Part shown: piece by piece, positions 1-11,695 of the stretch
How positions within the stretch are numbered: the first letter of the stretch is position 1
Layout of the letters: every line of letters starts with the position of its first letter
Source: Eledone cirrhosa
Lineage: Eukaryota
Length of the DNA: 64,000 nt
Assembly (NCBI GenBank): GCA_964016885.1
Contig: OZ024743.1
Span: forward strand, 84,010,001 to 84,074,000
Reading direction: 5' to 3'
The notes under the pieces: model-generated
The model's input: the letters and a program-made list of their open reading frames with translations, nothing else
The model's database searches: none
Told to the model about the DNA's origin: nothing
Program-made: the position numbers and the translations under genes

Positions 1-810
1 CAGGACAACTGCAACTCGCAAACGTATTAGAAAAAAGTACCCAATGACGGAGATACAGCAGAAGTTTATTTAGATGCCAGAGATAAGTTTCGTATCACCA
101 CATTTTACACAATTGTTGACAAACTTGCAGCTGAGATGGAAAGAAGAGGAGAGATATACAAAGAAATGGCAGAGAAATTTTCTTTTCTTAGTGATGTGCC
201 AAATATAAGCGCGCCATCAGCTACTAATATTGGAAGGTATTCTCAGTACTGTCAAAAGTTGATCGATGCTTATCCAGAGGAATTCAATAGTAATTTCTCA
301 GCTGAGCTTCAGCAGTTTCATTTATATGTGCGAAATAAGATGAGTAGAACAGAAAATGTAAAAACAAGATTTAATCATGCTGAACTTTATAAAATTATTG
401 TAAAAGACAATATTGAGTGTGCCTTTCCAAATGTAGACATAGCCTTTCGTATATTTTTAACATTAATGGTTACTAACTGCTCAGCGGTTGAAATATATTA
501 AAAATCCCTTCAGAACAACCATGCAACAATACAGGCTGGATGTTTTATCCGTATTGTGTATAGATGCAGATGTGTTACGCAAGATTGGTTACGAGGATCT
601 GATCAAAGACTTTGCAAGCAAAAAAGCAGGAAAAAAGTATTCAATAAATAAAATTATTTCTCTCTTTCTGTATGTTTTGCTTTATTTTGAAATTTCAATA
701 AATAAAACTTTAATTTACCATATATTATTGTTTATGTTTTTATCTACAAATGTATGGGGGCACCAAAATTTTTAGTGCTTAGGGCCTCTAAGGGTTTTAA
801 TCCGGCCCTG
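1..810 (+). mobile_element. hAT DNA transposon, 3' part (frameshifted transposase C-terminal dimerisation domain and right TIR)
   Basis: ORFs 136-501 and 488-775 give FPNVDIAFRIFLTLMVTNCSA..E / KYIKNPFRTTMQQYRL..LSVLCID, matching the hAT dimerisation domain. The element ends in TAATCCGGCCCTG (reverse complement CAGGGCCGGATTA), a hAT-like terminus at 810. Confidence 0.8.
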
Positions 811-879
811 ACTGTATCCACAATAACTGGCAATGAAAAAACTGTGGGAAACTAAATCAGAACAACCTGCTCTCTCCTG

Positions 880-2567
880 CACATCATCATAGACTGAAAT
901 CAAGGTAAAAATTGCTGTCCTTAAATGCACGTAGTCTATGCAACAAGATACATCTTTTTGATTCCTATGTCAAAAGTATCGACCCTGACTTCATTACAGT
1001 CTCAAAAACATGGGCACATTCCTTACTCTGTGATGGGGTTTTCAGCATAGCTGGCTACAACTTGTTTCATAAAGATGGCATTATTCGTCGTCGTTGTGGT
1101 GTAATGGTTCGTTCAAAATTTTCAGCAATTCCTTGCGTTGATTTGAACCAAGGAATTGCTGAAAATTTTGTTGGCCGCAAAGTGCAGATGATTTCCTTGA
1201 GCTAGTGCTGGACTCTATCCGGCCCTTGCAATTTGGATTTATCCATAACTCCAGCTGCTGTGATCAACTTATCCAGTTCCTTGAACACATTACCCGGATT
1301 ACTGACAGCGGCTCATGGGTGGATGTTGTTTACCTTGACTTTGCTAAAGCTTTTAATTCTGTGCCACACAAAAGACTTATGGCGAAACTCTCTGCAATGG
1401 GTGTGAAGGATGATCTTTTTAACTGGTTGAAGTCCTTCATTCTCAGTCGAAGAGAGGTAATCACGGTTCAGGACAGCATTCCTCACCATGTGAGATGTCA
1501 TCTGGTGTACCACAGGGATCTGTTCTTGGTCCCCTTTTGTTCGTGGCATATATTAATGATATAGATGCCAACTTAAAGAATGCCACAGTACTGAAATATG
1601 CAGATGACATCAAGCTGTACCTTGAGATAAAAAGGACAGATCCTGAACACTATAGATCTTTCCTGCAATCAAACCTGGACACAATGCAGCAATGGATCAT
1701 GGACTGGCAACTGAAGCTGGCTGTGGACAAGTGTACCACCATGCATTTTGGGAGGAAAAGCCCATTGTCCACATACTCCCTCCACAGCACTAATATCAAG
1801 AAGTCTTCATGTGAACGTGACCTGGGCATTACTGTCAGCAGCGATTTGCGGTGGACGAAACATGTCTCTAAAATTGTCAAGAAGGCCGAGGGTGTCTTAA
1901 CATCACTCAGCAAGACCTTTGTCAGCCGCTCTCCAGCTATCATTTAAAGCTGTATATAGCTATGGTGCGGCCCCACTTAGAATTTGCATCACCAATCTGG
2001 AACCCCTATCTTGCTCAGAACATTGACCTCCAGGAAACTGTTCAGAGACGTGCAACCAAGCGAATACCCTCCATCAGGCATCTACCATACTCTGAGCGCC
2101 TTGCTTCCCTGGGCATGGATACATTGAAGCTCCGACGTCTGGCAACTGACTTGGTAAACACCCACAAAATTGTTAACCATGTTGCCAACAACAACCCTGG
2201 GCACCTTTTTGATTTCCATGTGAATAACACACGTGGGCATGTCAACAAAGTCAGAAAACAGCACAGCTCCCATGACTTTCTGAAACGTTTTTTCACGCTC
2301 AGAGTTGCTGAAGCATGGAACAAACTACCTGCATCAGTTGTTAGCTGCCGAGACACTGCATCCTTTAAAACCTCCATGCTTTCTGAAATTCGCCAACACT
2401 ATACCTGATATCCATACACATGCACACATGTATATCATGACTCATACACTGTTCATTTTCCTGACATTTGTACATTATTCTACGTACTATATATGTATTT
2501 TTGATGAGTCGTAGTGCACCTGAACACTGTACACAATAATTCCATTATTTTTATTATTATTATTATA
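880..2567 (+). mobile_element. CR1-group LINE, internally deleted (APE endonuclease fragment joined to RT C-terminal half)
   Basis: LSLNARSLCNK..DPDFITVSKTW (APE start), VDVVYLDFAKAFNSVPH, SGVPQGSVLGPLLF, YADD, RPHLEFA..WNP. (ATT)n tail at ~2545-2567. Frameshifts and stops present. Confidence 0.9.
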
Positions 2568-2745
2568 ATGAAAAGAATAAAAACAACCTAAACATAAATG
2601 AATTGGTTTCATTTACCTTACATTGACCTTCCCTCACTAAAGGTCATTAGGTCAAGCTTAAAGGTCAATAAAACCGGATAATATTAATTTCTACAAGCAT
2701 ATTCAGCTTTCTATTGTAGAATTGTCCCAGTTTTCAGTGTGAATT

Positions 2746-2901
2746 GAACCTGGTCGTTCGGCTGACTACGTATGTGTCATGAGGAACCTGGTCGTTCGGC
2801 TGACTACCTATGTGTCATGAGGAACCTGGTCGTTCGGCTGACTACCTATGTGTCATGAGGAACCTGGTCGTTCGGCTGACTACCTATGTGCCATGAGGAA
2901 C
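2746..2901. repeat. 38-bp tandem minisatellite, 4 copies
   Basis: Unit GAACCTGGTCGTTCGGCTGACTACCTATGTGTCATGAG repeated head-to-tail with no spacers. Confidence 0.9.
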
Positions 2902-4324
2902 AGGCATAATACACACATTCATACCTGAAGGAATTGTTGCAGGAATTGTTGGGGCACCGTATTTACATACAATGTTTCTATGATATTTTAACACCTGGCG
3001 GAGCCCATCTTCTTTCCAGGTCTGGATATTTCTTCCAGAAATGGGTAGAGAGTGAAAGAATGAAAGGGAGAAAGATATGGCAATGTGAAAGTATCGACCC
3101 TGTGTACTTCACTGATACTTTTTTATCGACCTCGAAAAGCGAAGTTGACCATGGCAGGATTTGAAGTTTGAGAGCAGAGAGTCAACAGTTTAAACATGAT
3201 TAACATTTTCATTCCGTAACTAGGTAATTGCGGTTTCAATTCCATTGTGTGTGACTACTAAAATAAATGTTTATATATATATATTGGAAAGGGAGGATGT
3301 GTGATGTGTGTGTGTGCCTTTCATCTTTATAGGGTCGATAAAATAAAGTACCAGTAACACCTTGGGGTCAATCTATTCGATTCCCTCCTCAAAATAATAT
3401 TGTACCTAAAGCAGAAACCTTTGCACTGGGATAATTGTTGGCCTTGTGCCAAAAGTAGAAACAATTATTATTATTATCCTGTGTTGTCCTTAATGTTATA
3501 CTTTGTGTCAACCCTTGTGGTTAATAAAGAAAGCATTATTATTATTATTATTGGTCGTCGACAAGAGAAGACGTGTTTTTTGTAAGCTCCGTGAGTTTGT
3601 AAATTTGAGTTGTTGTTTTCTTGGAATTGTATTTGATTTTTGCGGTATCTTTTTGATAAAATTGATGGGACAGTCCCCCACCCTCACCTCCAACATTAAA
3701 ACCTCCGTCTCGGAATAGTGACTTAAAAGTTGAGAGGAGGGATAACACAACTACAACAGACACCATTGTGATCAAATAAAAAATAACAATTACAAACACA
3801 ACATTCAACAACAAAATTAGCAACATCACCAACAACAACATGAACAACGACAGCACCAACAGCCACAACGAAACAAGTGAAAAGACAACAACTCCAACTG
3901 CAAGAGCGACAACAACAAAAATAGCAACAAACATAAAAATGAGATGGTCACAGCTCGAATGACTTTTCATAATGTCTGTCTGCTGAGTCAGGTCTGACCC
4001 AACAGCAAAAACAAAACCTTGACTTATTTTGGTGCTTACACCTACATAACAAAACTTTGCAAATAAATAATGACTTCTGTAACAATACCGCCATCAAACG
4101 ACCTGGAGTAGTGCTTAAAATTGACATCAGCGAGATTTGAAATATGACTGAAGAGACATTTAATATGAATCCCTAATAACTGTGCCAATTGGCTGACTAT
4201 CATTCATTTGAAAGCGTGTGTTCAGCCCAAATCTCTCTCAGTTCCTTTCTATTGAATGGTTTTCATCCTGAAGTCCTTAACTTACAGTTACCATTCCACG
4301 TAGTTATCCAAATTCACGCCATTG

Positions 4325-4730
4325 GCCCTTAGGGTTAGGATCTAGGGGTAAGGTTAGGGTTAAGGTAAAGGTTTAGGTTTTGGGTTACGGTTAGTGATAG
4401 GGTTATGGTTAGGATTAGGGTTAAGGTTAGGGTTAGTGTTAGGGTTTAAGGTTAGGATTTAGGGTAGGGTAAGGGTTACGTTTAGGGGTAAGGCTAGGGT
4501 TAAAGTTAGTGTTATGTTTAGATTTAGAGTTAGGGTTAGGGTTGGGTAAGTGTAAGGGTTAAGGTTAGTGTTAGGATTAGTGTTAGGGTTAAGGCTAGCG
4601 TTAGGGTTACGTTTAGTGTTACGGTTAGGATTAGGGTTAGTGATAGTGTTAGTAACAGGGTTAGGATTAAGGCAAGCGTTAAGGTTAGGGTTTGGGTTAG
4701 AGTTAGTGTTAGTGTTAGGTTTAGAGTTCG
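4325..4730 (+). repeat. Degenerate interstitial (TTAGGG)n-like array
   Basis: Continuous TTAGGG/TTAGTG/TTAAGG hexamer variants. Confidence 0.85.
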
Positions 4731-4737
4731 GGGTATA

Positions 4738-4940
4738 TCATCATCATCATTTTATTTGTCACGGTCCTTCATCATCTCCTCCATGAGCTTCAGCGATTTG
4801 AGGTCAGCTCTCACCACCTCCGCCCATGATTTTCGTGGTCATCCTTCCACTGGGATTTCTTGGCACTTATTTACCCAGCAGTCATCCTCCATGCGCATCA
4901 CATGTCCATACCAACGCAGTCTTCTCTTCTGCACACTACA
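4738..4940 (-). mobile_element. RTE LINE 3' fragment
   Basis: The minus strand encodes [16 protein letters not shown] and PRKSWAEVV-like text, with a (GAT)n tail at 4738-4750. Confidence 0.7.
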
Positions 4941-4944
4941 ATGG

Positions 4945-5903
4945 CAATTTCTGTTTCTTTGTGTTTGTTTGTGAATTTGTTTGTGAACCTAAAACTCAAA
5001 AACTACCAAACCGATCTTGATGAAACTTGACACGCGTGTGACTCTCATACCCATTTGATTTCTTACGTACTTTGAAGTTAAAAAAAAAAACAATAATTTC
5101 CAGTCTGCATTGATTTTTTTATAAATCAATAGGACGTTTGCATGCAAATGCTCATATGAATTATGTGCTAAGAATGGCTTTAGTCTAAGAAAAAATTATC
5201 CCAGACAACTCGCGGAAGGCAAAAAGCCACACAAACATATTTTTCATTTCGTTTGTTTCTTCTGATATGAGCAACCAATTTGCTTTAAACTGTACAGGTG
5301 CATTATTTATGTATCAATAAGGTGTTAAAAGTTTCCCCAGGGCACCTTAATAAAGCAAAAACACCGCAAATATTGAATGTCGCAAATGCTTTTTTCAAAC
5401 ATCATAGATACACCACTTATGTGCAGTGGATGGTTTTCTCCAGTGGCACAGAGGGCTGTACAACAATGGGATGGATAACAATTGAATTTGCCCTCCACGG
5501 GCCAAGTTTTACCCAGACAAATGGGATTTATGGGCTCTGGTTGGGTAATGCGGGGGTATTTTCCAAAAATGTACACCTGGCGGAACCCTTTGCGAGTCGA
5601 ATAGAAATCTTCAACGGGCCACAGCTGACACGCAGGCCGTAAGGATATTTTAAAATTACCTACCCACCCTAGGCTGTGTCATCTTTGTTGCTAACATGCG
5701 TATATTTAACCGAATGGAACATCTTACGGGACGGATAGAAGGCCTCTGCGGGACGTATTAACCAGTTGGCCGTGGTGTGGTCATCTCCAACAATGACTGT
5801 GTTTTCTTATAAGACTTAATTCAACCGAGAGCTTCATCAAGTGTTATTTCTGCACAAACAATTGTATTACTTAAACCCTAGCAATGCTGGGTACCTCACC
5901 TAG
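4945..5903 (+). mobile_element. Non-autonomous Helitron-like element
   Basis: The 5' part has (TTTG)n plus the AAACCGATCTTGATGAAACTTG motif common in non-autonomous Helitrons. The 3' end has hairpin CCCTAGCA-A-TGCTGGG (5876-5891) and then CTAG|T at 5900-5904. Confidence 0.6.
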
Positions 5904-5944
5904 TATATATATATACATATATATATATACATATATATATATAC

Positions 5945-6485
5945 TCATGAAACTTGAAGCTCCCCAAAGGGCAATCACGAAAATGATAGATGGCATGTCA
6001 GACCTTGACTACTAGGGTCGACTAGAAAAGCTGACACTTTACTCACTCCAACGTCGCCGTGAGCGTTATATTATCTGCATGATGTGGAAAATGTTTCATC
6101 AGCACTGCCCAAATGATGTTGGCATCACCTTCAAGATACACCCAAGGCTTGGGCCCGTGCTATCCGTCCCAAACAAAAATCTAAATCGCAACTCATAACA
6201 ACAATACGGCACAATTATTTCACCTCAATTGGCCCTGCTCTCTTCAACATCACACCAGGACACGTCAAAACAGAAACTGACCACACAAAATTCAAGAAGT
6301 CTTTGGACAAATTCCTCCAAGTAACCCCGGACAAACTACCCACACCCAGATATGTCTCCGCAAACGGTAATTCCCTTCTCGAATGGGCCATGGTGACCAA
6401 ATCCTGAATTGAAAGACTTCGCCAGGTGGTGCTATTAAGTTAGACATGGCCTGGGCCAATACTGGCCAAAACATTTCAAAGTTAT
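5945..6485 (+). mobile_element. 3' end of a second CR1-group LINE family, inside (TA)n
   Basis: Translates as LEAPQRAITKMIDGMSDLDY*GRLEKLTLYSLQRRRERY..WK and FKKSLDKFL..PD, typical CR1-like ORF2 C-terminus. Confidence 0.65.
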
Positions 6486-6514
6486 ACATATATATATATA
6501 CATATATATATGTA

Positions 6515-6515
<1 letters not shown>

Positions 6516-6552
<37 letters not shown>

Positions 6553-7257
6553 ACGTTTAACGTCCGTGTTCCACGCTTGCATGGGTTTGGACGGGAGTTT
6601 TCCCACTTGAGGCAAGAGTGATTGTCTTGCTCGCATAGGACTGTCTGGCAGGTTTTCTACAGTTGGATGCCCTTCCTAACACCAACCACATTTACAGTGC
6701 GGGTCTGGGAGGTTTTTACCGTGTTGCCTACACGGCCACATTACAGCGTGGACTGTGTGTTTTTTTGTCGTGACACCTACACGATCTCATTTGTTTCGGC
6801 CTGGACGGTGTGGCACCAACAGAACTTTACATAGAAGGGGGCGGTGTGGATGGGGTGGGGGTGGGACGGGGGTGTATTTTGTTAGAGATGCCTACTGACT
6901 GTAGTAGGTTTTACTATGTATTTAGGTAAGGCGGGTCTTCTCTATTACTGAGTACCGCCAAAGGTCTCGGTCCAGTGACATTGTCTTGGAGAGGTGTAAG
7001 TGTGTGAGGTCAGAGTTTATCAGCTCGTCCCAGGTTTTTCTAGGTCTGCCTATTCCGTGGCTACCGTCTATCTTTATTGCCCTGCACTTTGTTATACAGC
7101 TATCGACTTTCATGCGCATCACGTGTCCATACCAACGTAGCCTTCTCTCGAGTAAACAACATCTGATCCCTCTTATTTCTAATTTTTTCCTTAATTCGTT
7201 TATAAGGGACCGCCACCTTATTTTCTTTCCTACAAACTAGAACTTTGGTCTTAGCCA
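6516..7257 (-). mobile_element. RTE LINE, 5'-truncated and internally deleted
   Basis: Near-identical reverse complement of 10600-11252. ORF 6922-7122 [11 protein letters not shown]. (GAT)n tail at 6516-6552. Confidence 0.9.
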
Positions 7258-7318
7258 TATACATATGTATATATACATATATATATACATACATATATAT
7301 ATACATAGATATATATAT

Positions 7319-7364
<46 letters not shown>

Positions 7365-7411
7365 CCCCCAAAACTCTTTCCGAACTCTATAGGGAACACT
7401 TGTGATTGTTT

Positions 7412-7453
7412 ATGCCCTTGAGAAGCCCAACTGGGCGAAACGTACGTAGGTGA
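7412..7453 (+). ncRNA. Hammerhead-like motif with variant core (CUUGAGAA)
   Basis: tgcc-CTTGAGAA-gccca.ac.tgggc-GAAA-cgtacg-TA-ggtg: helix II hairpin and palindromic helix III (ACGTACGT) present, but the core departs from CUGANGA. Confidence 0.45.
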
Positions 7454-7508
7454 TATTTTAAATAAACATGTTTTAACGGTCTATTCTCCGAATTTTTACT
7501 TTCCCACG

Positions 7509-7578
<70 letters not shown>

Positions 7579-7651
7579 CATATATATGTATATATATACA
7601 TATATATATATACATATATATATATATACATATATATATATACATATATAC

Positions 7652-7757
<106 letters not shown>

Positions 7758-7771
7758 AATTAAGTTATTTG

Positions 7772-7809
<38 letters not shown>

Positions 7810-7812
<3 letters not shown>

Positions 7813-8452
7813 AAGGTTTAGTAAATAATGAAAAAGTTTCAAAATAAATTTTAAAAAATTGACTTTACCTACTATAGTGGCTCGTTAATTTATTAACCCG
7901 CCATTGAACCACACTGGCACTTGGTTGGACAATACATGCGTACCTTGGCGCCTTGTGCGTGAAGGGACGTATTTCATATTACTACTACCTCCACAAACGT
8001 TGAGAACAAACCGGGTCATTCCGACTGCTGCTGACAACAGCGGTGGCTAGTTTGACCTACCTCCTTCTGCCTCTATCTTTACTACGGCCCTTGATAAACC
8101 TGTTCTACATCATCCACTCTCATCCCAGGAACAGTCTTTGATAGCGCTAGTTTGTGATTTAAATTCAGGAATTTTATATTCTTTGAATGAAAAGAACCTT
8201 CTGACGAGAATCTCTCTTTGCAACGAAGGCCGTATGGTCTCCGTTTTATTTTTGGGATTCGAAACCGATCGGTAAAGGTAACTATAGTAGGGAAAGTCAA
8301 TTTTTTAAAATTTATTTTGAAACTTTTTCATTATTTACTAAACCTTGTTTATATTTGTTCTGGCTCGTTAATTTATTAACCCGCCATTGAACCACACTGG
8401 CACTTGGTTGGACAATACATGCGTACCTTGGCGCCTTGTGCGTGAAGGGACG

Positions 8453-8460
<8 letters not shown>
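7810..8460 (+). mobile_element. Non-coding Penelope-like terminal element (inverted 5' segment plus direct repeat plus hammerhead)
   Basis: 7810-7877 is the inverse of ~8281-8350. ~7878-7979 is directly repeated at ~8361-8461. Hammerhead at 8196-8279. Flanked by (TA)n on both sides. Confidence 0.65.
8196..8279 (+). ncRNA. Type I hammerhead ribozyme (canonical core)
   Basis: ACCTT-CTGACGA-GAATCTC...GGGATTC-GAAA-CCGATCGG-TA-AAGGT. Helix I ACCTT/AAGGT, 7-bp helix II, palindromic helix III ACCGATCGGT, GUA cleavage triplet. Confidence 0.85.
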
Positions 8461-8495
<35 letters not shown>

Positions 8496-8524
8496 CATAT
8501 ATATATACATATACATATATATAC

Positions 8525-8667
<143 letters not shown>

Positions 8668-8940
8668 TATATACATATACATATATATATACATATACAT
8701 ATATATATACATACACATATATATATATACATATATATATATACATATATATATAGATATATATACATATATATATATTGTTATACTTTGGGAGGGTCAT
8801 GTTGCCAATAAGAAACACACGCACCAGTTGCTTTCACTTCAATTTATTATATATTTATAAATTTATAAATTTACAAATCTACAAACTTATACATTTCTGG
8901 TTGGTTGGTTGGTTCCACAACCAGATAGTTGTTTATATAT

Positions 8941-8985
8941 AGTCATAGTCCTTTCGTCACACACTCTGTGACCTCTTCAGTGACT
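8941..8985 (-). ncRNA. Minimal type I hammerhead (mirror copy)
   Basis: Exact reverse complement of 9156-9200. Confidence 0.75.
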
Positions 8986-9155
8986 GGGGATTCCTTTCTT
9001 TGTTTCTGTGCCTTTCCTTTCTTCTATCCTACGCCATTTTGTTTCTGTGCCTTTCCTTTCTTCTATCCTACGCCATTTTGTTTCTGACACACACAGAAAC
9101 AAAATGGCGTAGGATAGAAGAAAGGAAAGGCACAGAAACAAAGAAAGGAATCCCC

Positions 9156-9200
9156 AGTCACTGAAGAGGTCACAGAGTGTGTGACGAAAGGACTATGACT
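9156..9200 (+). ncRNA. Minimal type I hammerhead ribozyme
   Basis: AGTCA-CTGAAGA-g-GTCACA.gagtg.TGTGAC-GAAA-GGAC-TA-TGACT. Helix I AGTCA/TGACT, one extra base after A9, very short helix III, CUA triplet. Confidence 0.75.
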
Positions 9201-9423
9201 ATATATAAACAACTATCTGGTTGTGGAACCAACCAACCAACCAGAAATGTATAAGTTTGTAGATTTGTAAATTTATAAATTTATAAATATATAATAAATT
9301 GAAGTGAAAGCAACTGGTGCGTGTGTCTCTTATTGGCAACATGACCCTCCCAAAGTATAACAATATCGATTTCAACACACGATTTCAGATAAAGAATCTT
9401 GCTAAACAAATTCAGAAACGACA

Positions 9424-9489
<66 letters not shown>

Positions 9490-9684
9490 TATAGATATAT
9501 ATATATATAGATATACATATATAGATATAGATATATATATATACATATATATATATACATATACATACATATATATATACATATATATATATACATACAT
9601 ATACATATACACATACATATACATATATATATACATATACATATATACGTACATATACATATATATATACATATACATATATAT

Positions 9685-9719
<35 letters not shown>

Positions 9720-9849
9720 CATATACATATATATATACATATATATATACATATATATATACATATATATATACATATACATACATATATATATATATAT
9801 ACATACATATATATATATACATACATATTTATATATATATACATATTTA

Positions 9850-11252
9850 TTATTGCCCTTCAGGCTATAACAGAGGAGTTCAAGACCGGCTGCCCATGGG
9901 AACTCCTATATGCAGATGATCTAACGCTCATAGCTGAATCAATGACCGAACTAGAGAAGAAATTCCAAACATGGAAGCACGGCCTAGAATCAAAAGGCCT
10001 TAAAATTAACCTGGCTAAGACTAAAGTTCTAGTTTGTAGGAAAGAAAATAAGGCGGCGGTCCCATCTGGGAAATGGCCATGCTCAGTGTGTAGGAAAGGC
10101 GTAGGTAGAAACTCCATTTTATGTCCCAAATGCAAAGTATGGGTGCATAAAAGATGTAGTGGGATCACAGGTAAGCTAACTAAGAACATAGATTTCACAT
10201 GTGGCCGGTGCTCTGGTGCAATAAGTAGCAGCAAGTGCCCACAAAATACTAGCTCTTTCAATTGCGCAGAGGGTTCTATAGAAATAGTGGACAGCTTCCG
10301 TTACCTGGGTGACAAAATCAGCAGTGGGGGAGGGTGCTCTGAAAGTACAGTAACTAGAGTTAGAACTGGATGGAAAAAGTTCAGAGAGCTTATACCACTA
10401 TTAGCCGCTAAAGGGTTCTCCCTAAAAATGATAGGCAGGTTATATGATGCCTGCATACGAACAGCAATGCTGCATGGCAGTGAGACCTGGGCATTGTGTG
10501 CAGAGGATATACGCAGACTAGAGAGGAACGAAGCTTGCATGCTCCGCTGGATGTGTAATAGTAATATACGTGAACGGCTAAGCATAAACGAACTAAGGAA
10601 AAAATTAGAAATAAGAGGGATCAGATGTTGTTTACTCGAGAGAAGGCTACGTTGGTATGGTCACGTGACGCGCATGAAAGACGACAGCTGTATAACGAAG
10701 TGCAGGGCAATAAAGATAGACGGTAGCCACGGAGTAGGCAGACCCAGAAAAACCTGGGACGACATGATAAATTCCGACCTCACACGCTTACACCTCTCCA
10801 AGACAATGTCACTGGACCGAGACCTTTGGCGGTACTCAGTAATAGAGAAGACCCGCCTTACCTAAATACATAGTAAAACCTACTACAGTCAGTAGGCATC
10901 TCTAACAAAATACACCCCCGTCCCACCCCCCACCCCATCCACACCGCCCCCTTCTATGTAAAGTTCTGTTGGTGCCACAACATCCAGTCCTAAATAAATG
11001 AGGTCGTGTAGGTGTCACGACAAAAAACACACAGCCCACGCTGTAATGTGGCCGTGTAGGCAACACAGTAAAAACCTCCCATTCCCACACTGTAAATGTG
11101 GTTGGTGTTAGGAAGGGCATCCAGCTGTAGAAAACCTGCCAGACAGTCCTATGCGAGCAAGACAACCACTCTTGCCTCAAGTGGGACTACCCTCGTCCAA
11201 ACCCATGCAAGCGTGGAACACGGACGTTAAACGTTGATGATGATGATGATGA
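9850..11252 (+). mobile_element. RTE LINE, 5'-truncated (RT C-terminus, PHD-like Cys insert, 3' UTR)
   Basis: [11 protein letters not shown] upstream, then the 307-aa ORF 9942-10865 ([45 protein letters not shown]) and a (GAT)n tail. Confidence 0.93.
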
Positions 11253-11293
11253 TACATACATATATATATACATATATATATATATATACATAC

Positions 11294-11326
<33 letters not shown>

Positions 11327-11439
11327 CATATAACAGTTTTAATATAGAAGAGATTCTACAGGACTAGAACTGTTTCATTCATTAATTAGATTCCTGATGA
11401 TTTCTATATATACATATATGTATATATATACATATATAT

Positions 11440-11484
<45 letters not shown>

Positions 11485-11517
11485 TATAGATATATATACA
11501 TATATAGTTATATATAC

Positions 11518-11548
<31 letters not shown>

Positions 11549-11623
11549 CATATACATACATATATATATACATATATATATATATACATACATATACATA
11601 TACACATACATATACATATATAC

Positions 11624-11662
<39 letters not shown>

Positions 11663-11695
11663 TATATACATATATATATACATATACATATATGT

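Larger units (their letters stand above)
8775..9420. mobile_element. Fold-back Penelope-like terminus (inverted repeat arms 8775-9086 / 9094-9366)
   Basis: Near-perfect inverted repeat with a 7-nt spacer, a ~39-bp tandem duplication in the left arm, a hammerhead in each arm and (TA)n on both sides. Confidence 0.7.

Noticed and set aside
2746-2901. 38-bp repeats as a CRISPR array
   Set aside because: Units are contiguous with no spacers, there are no cas genes, and the context is eukaryotic.
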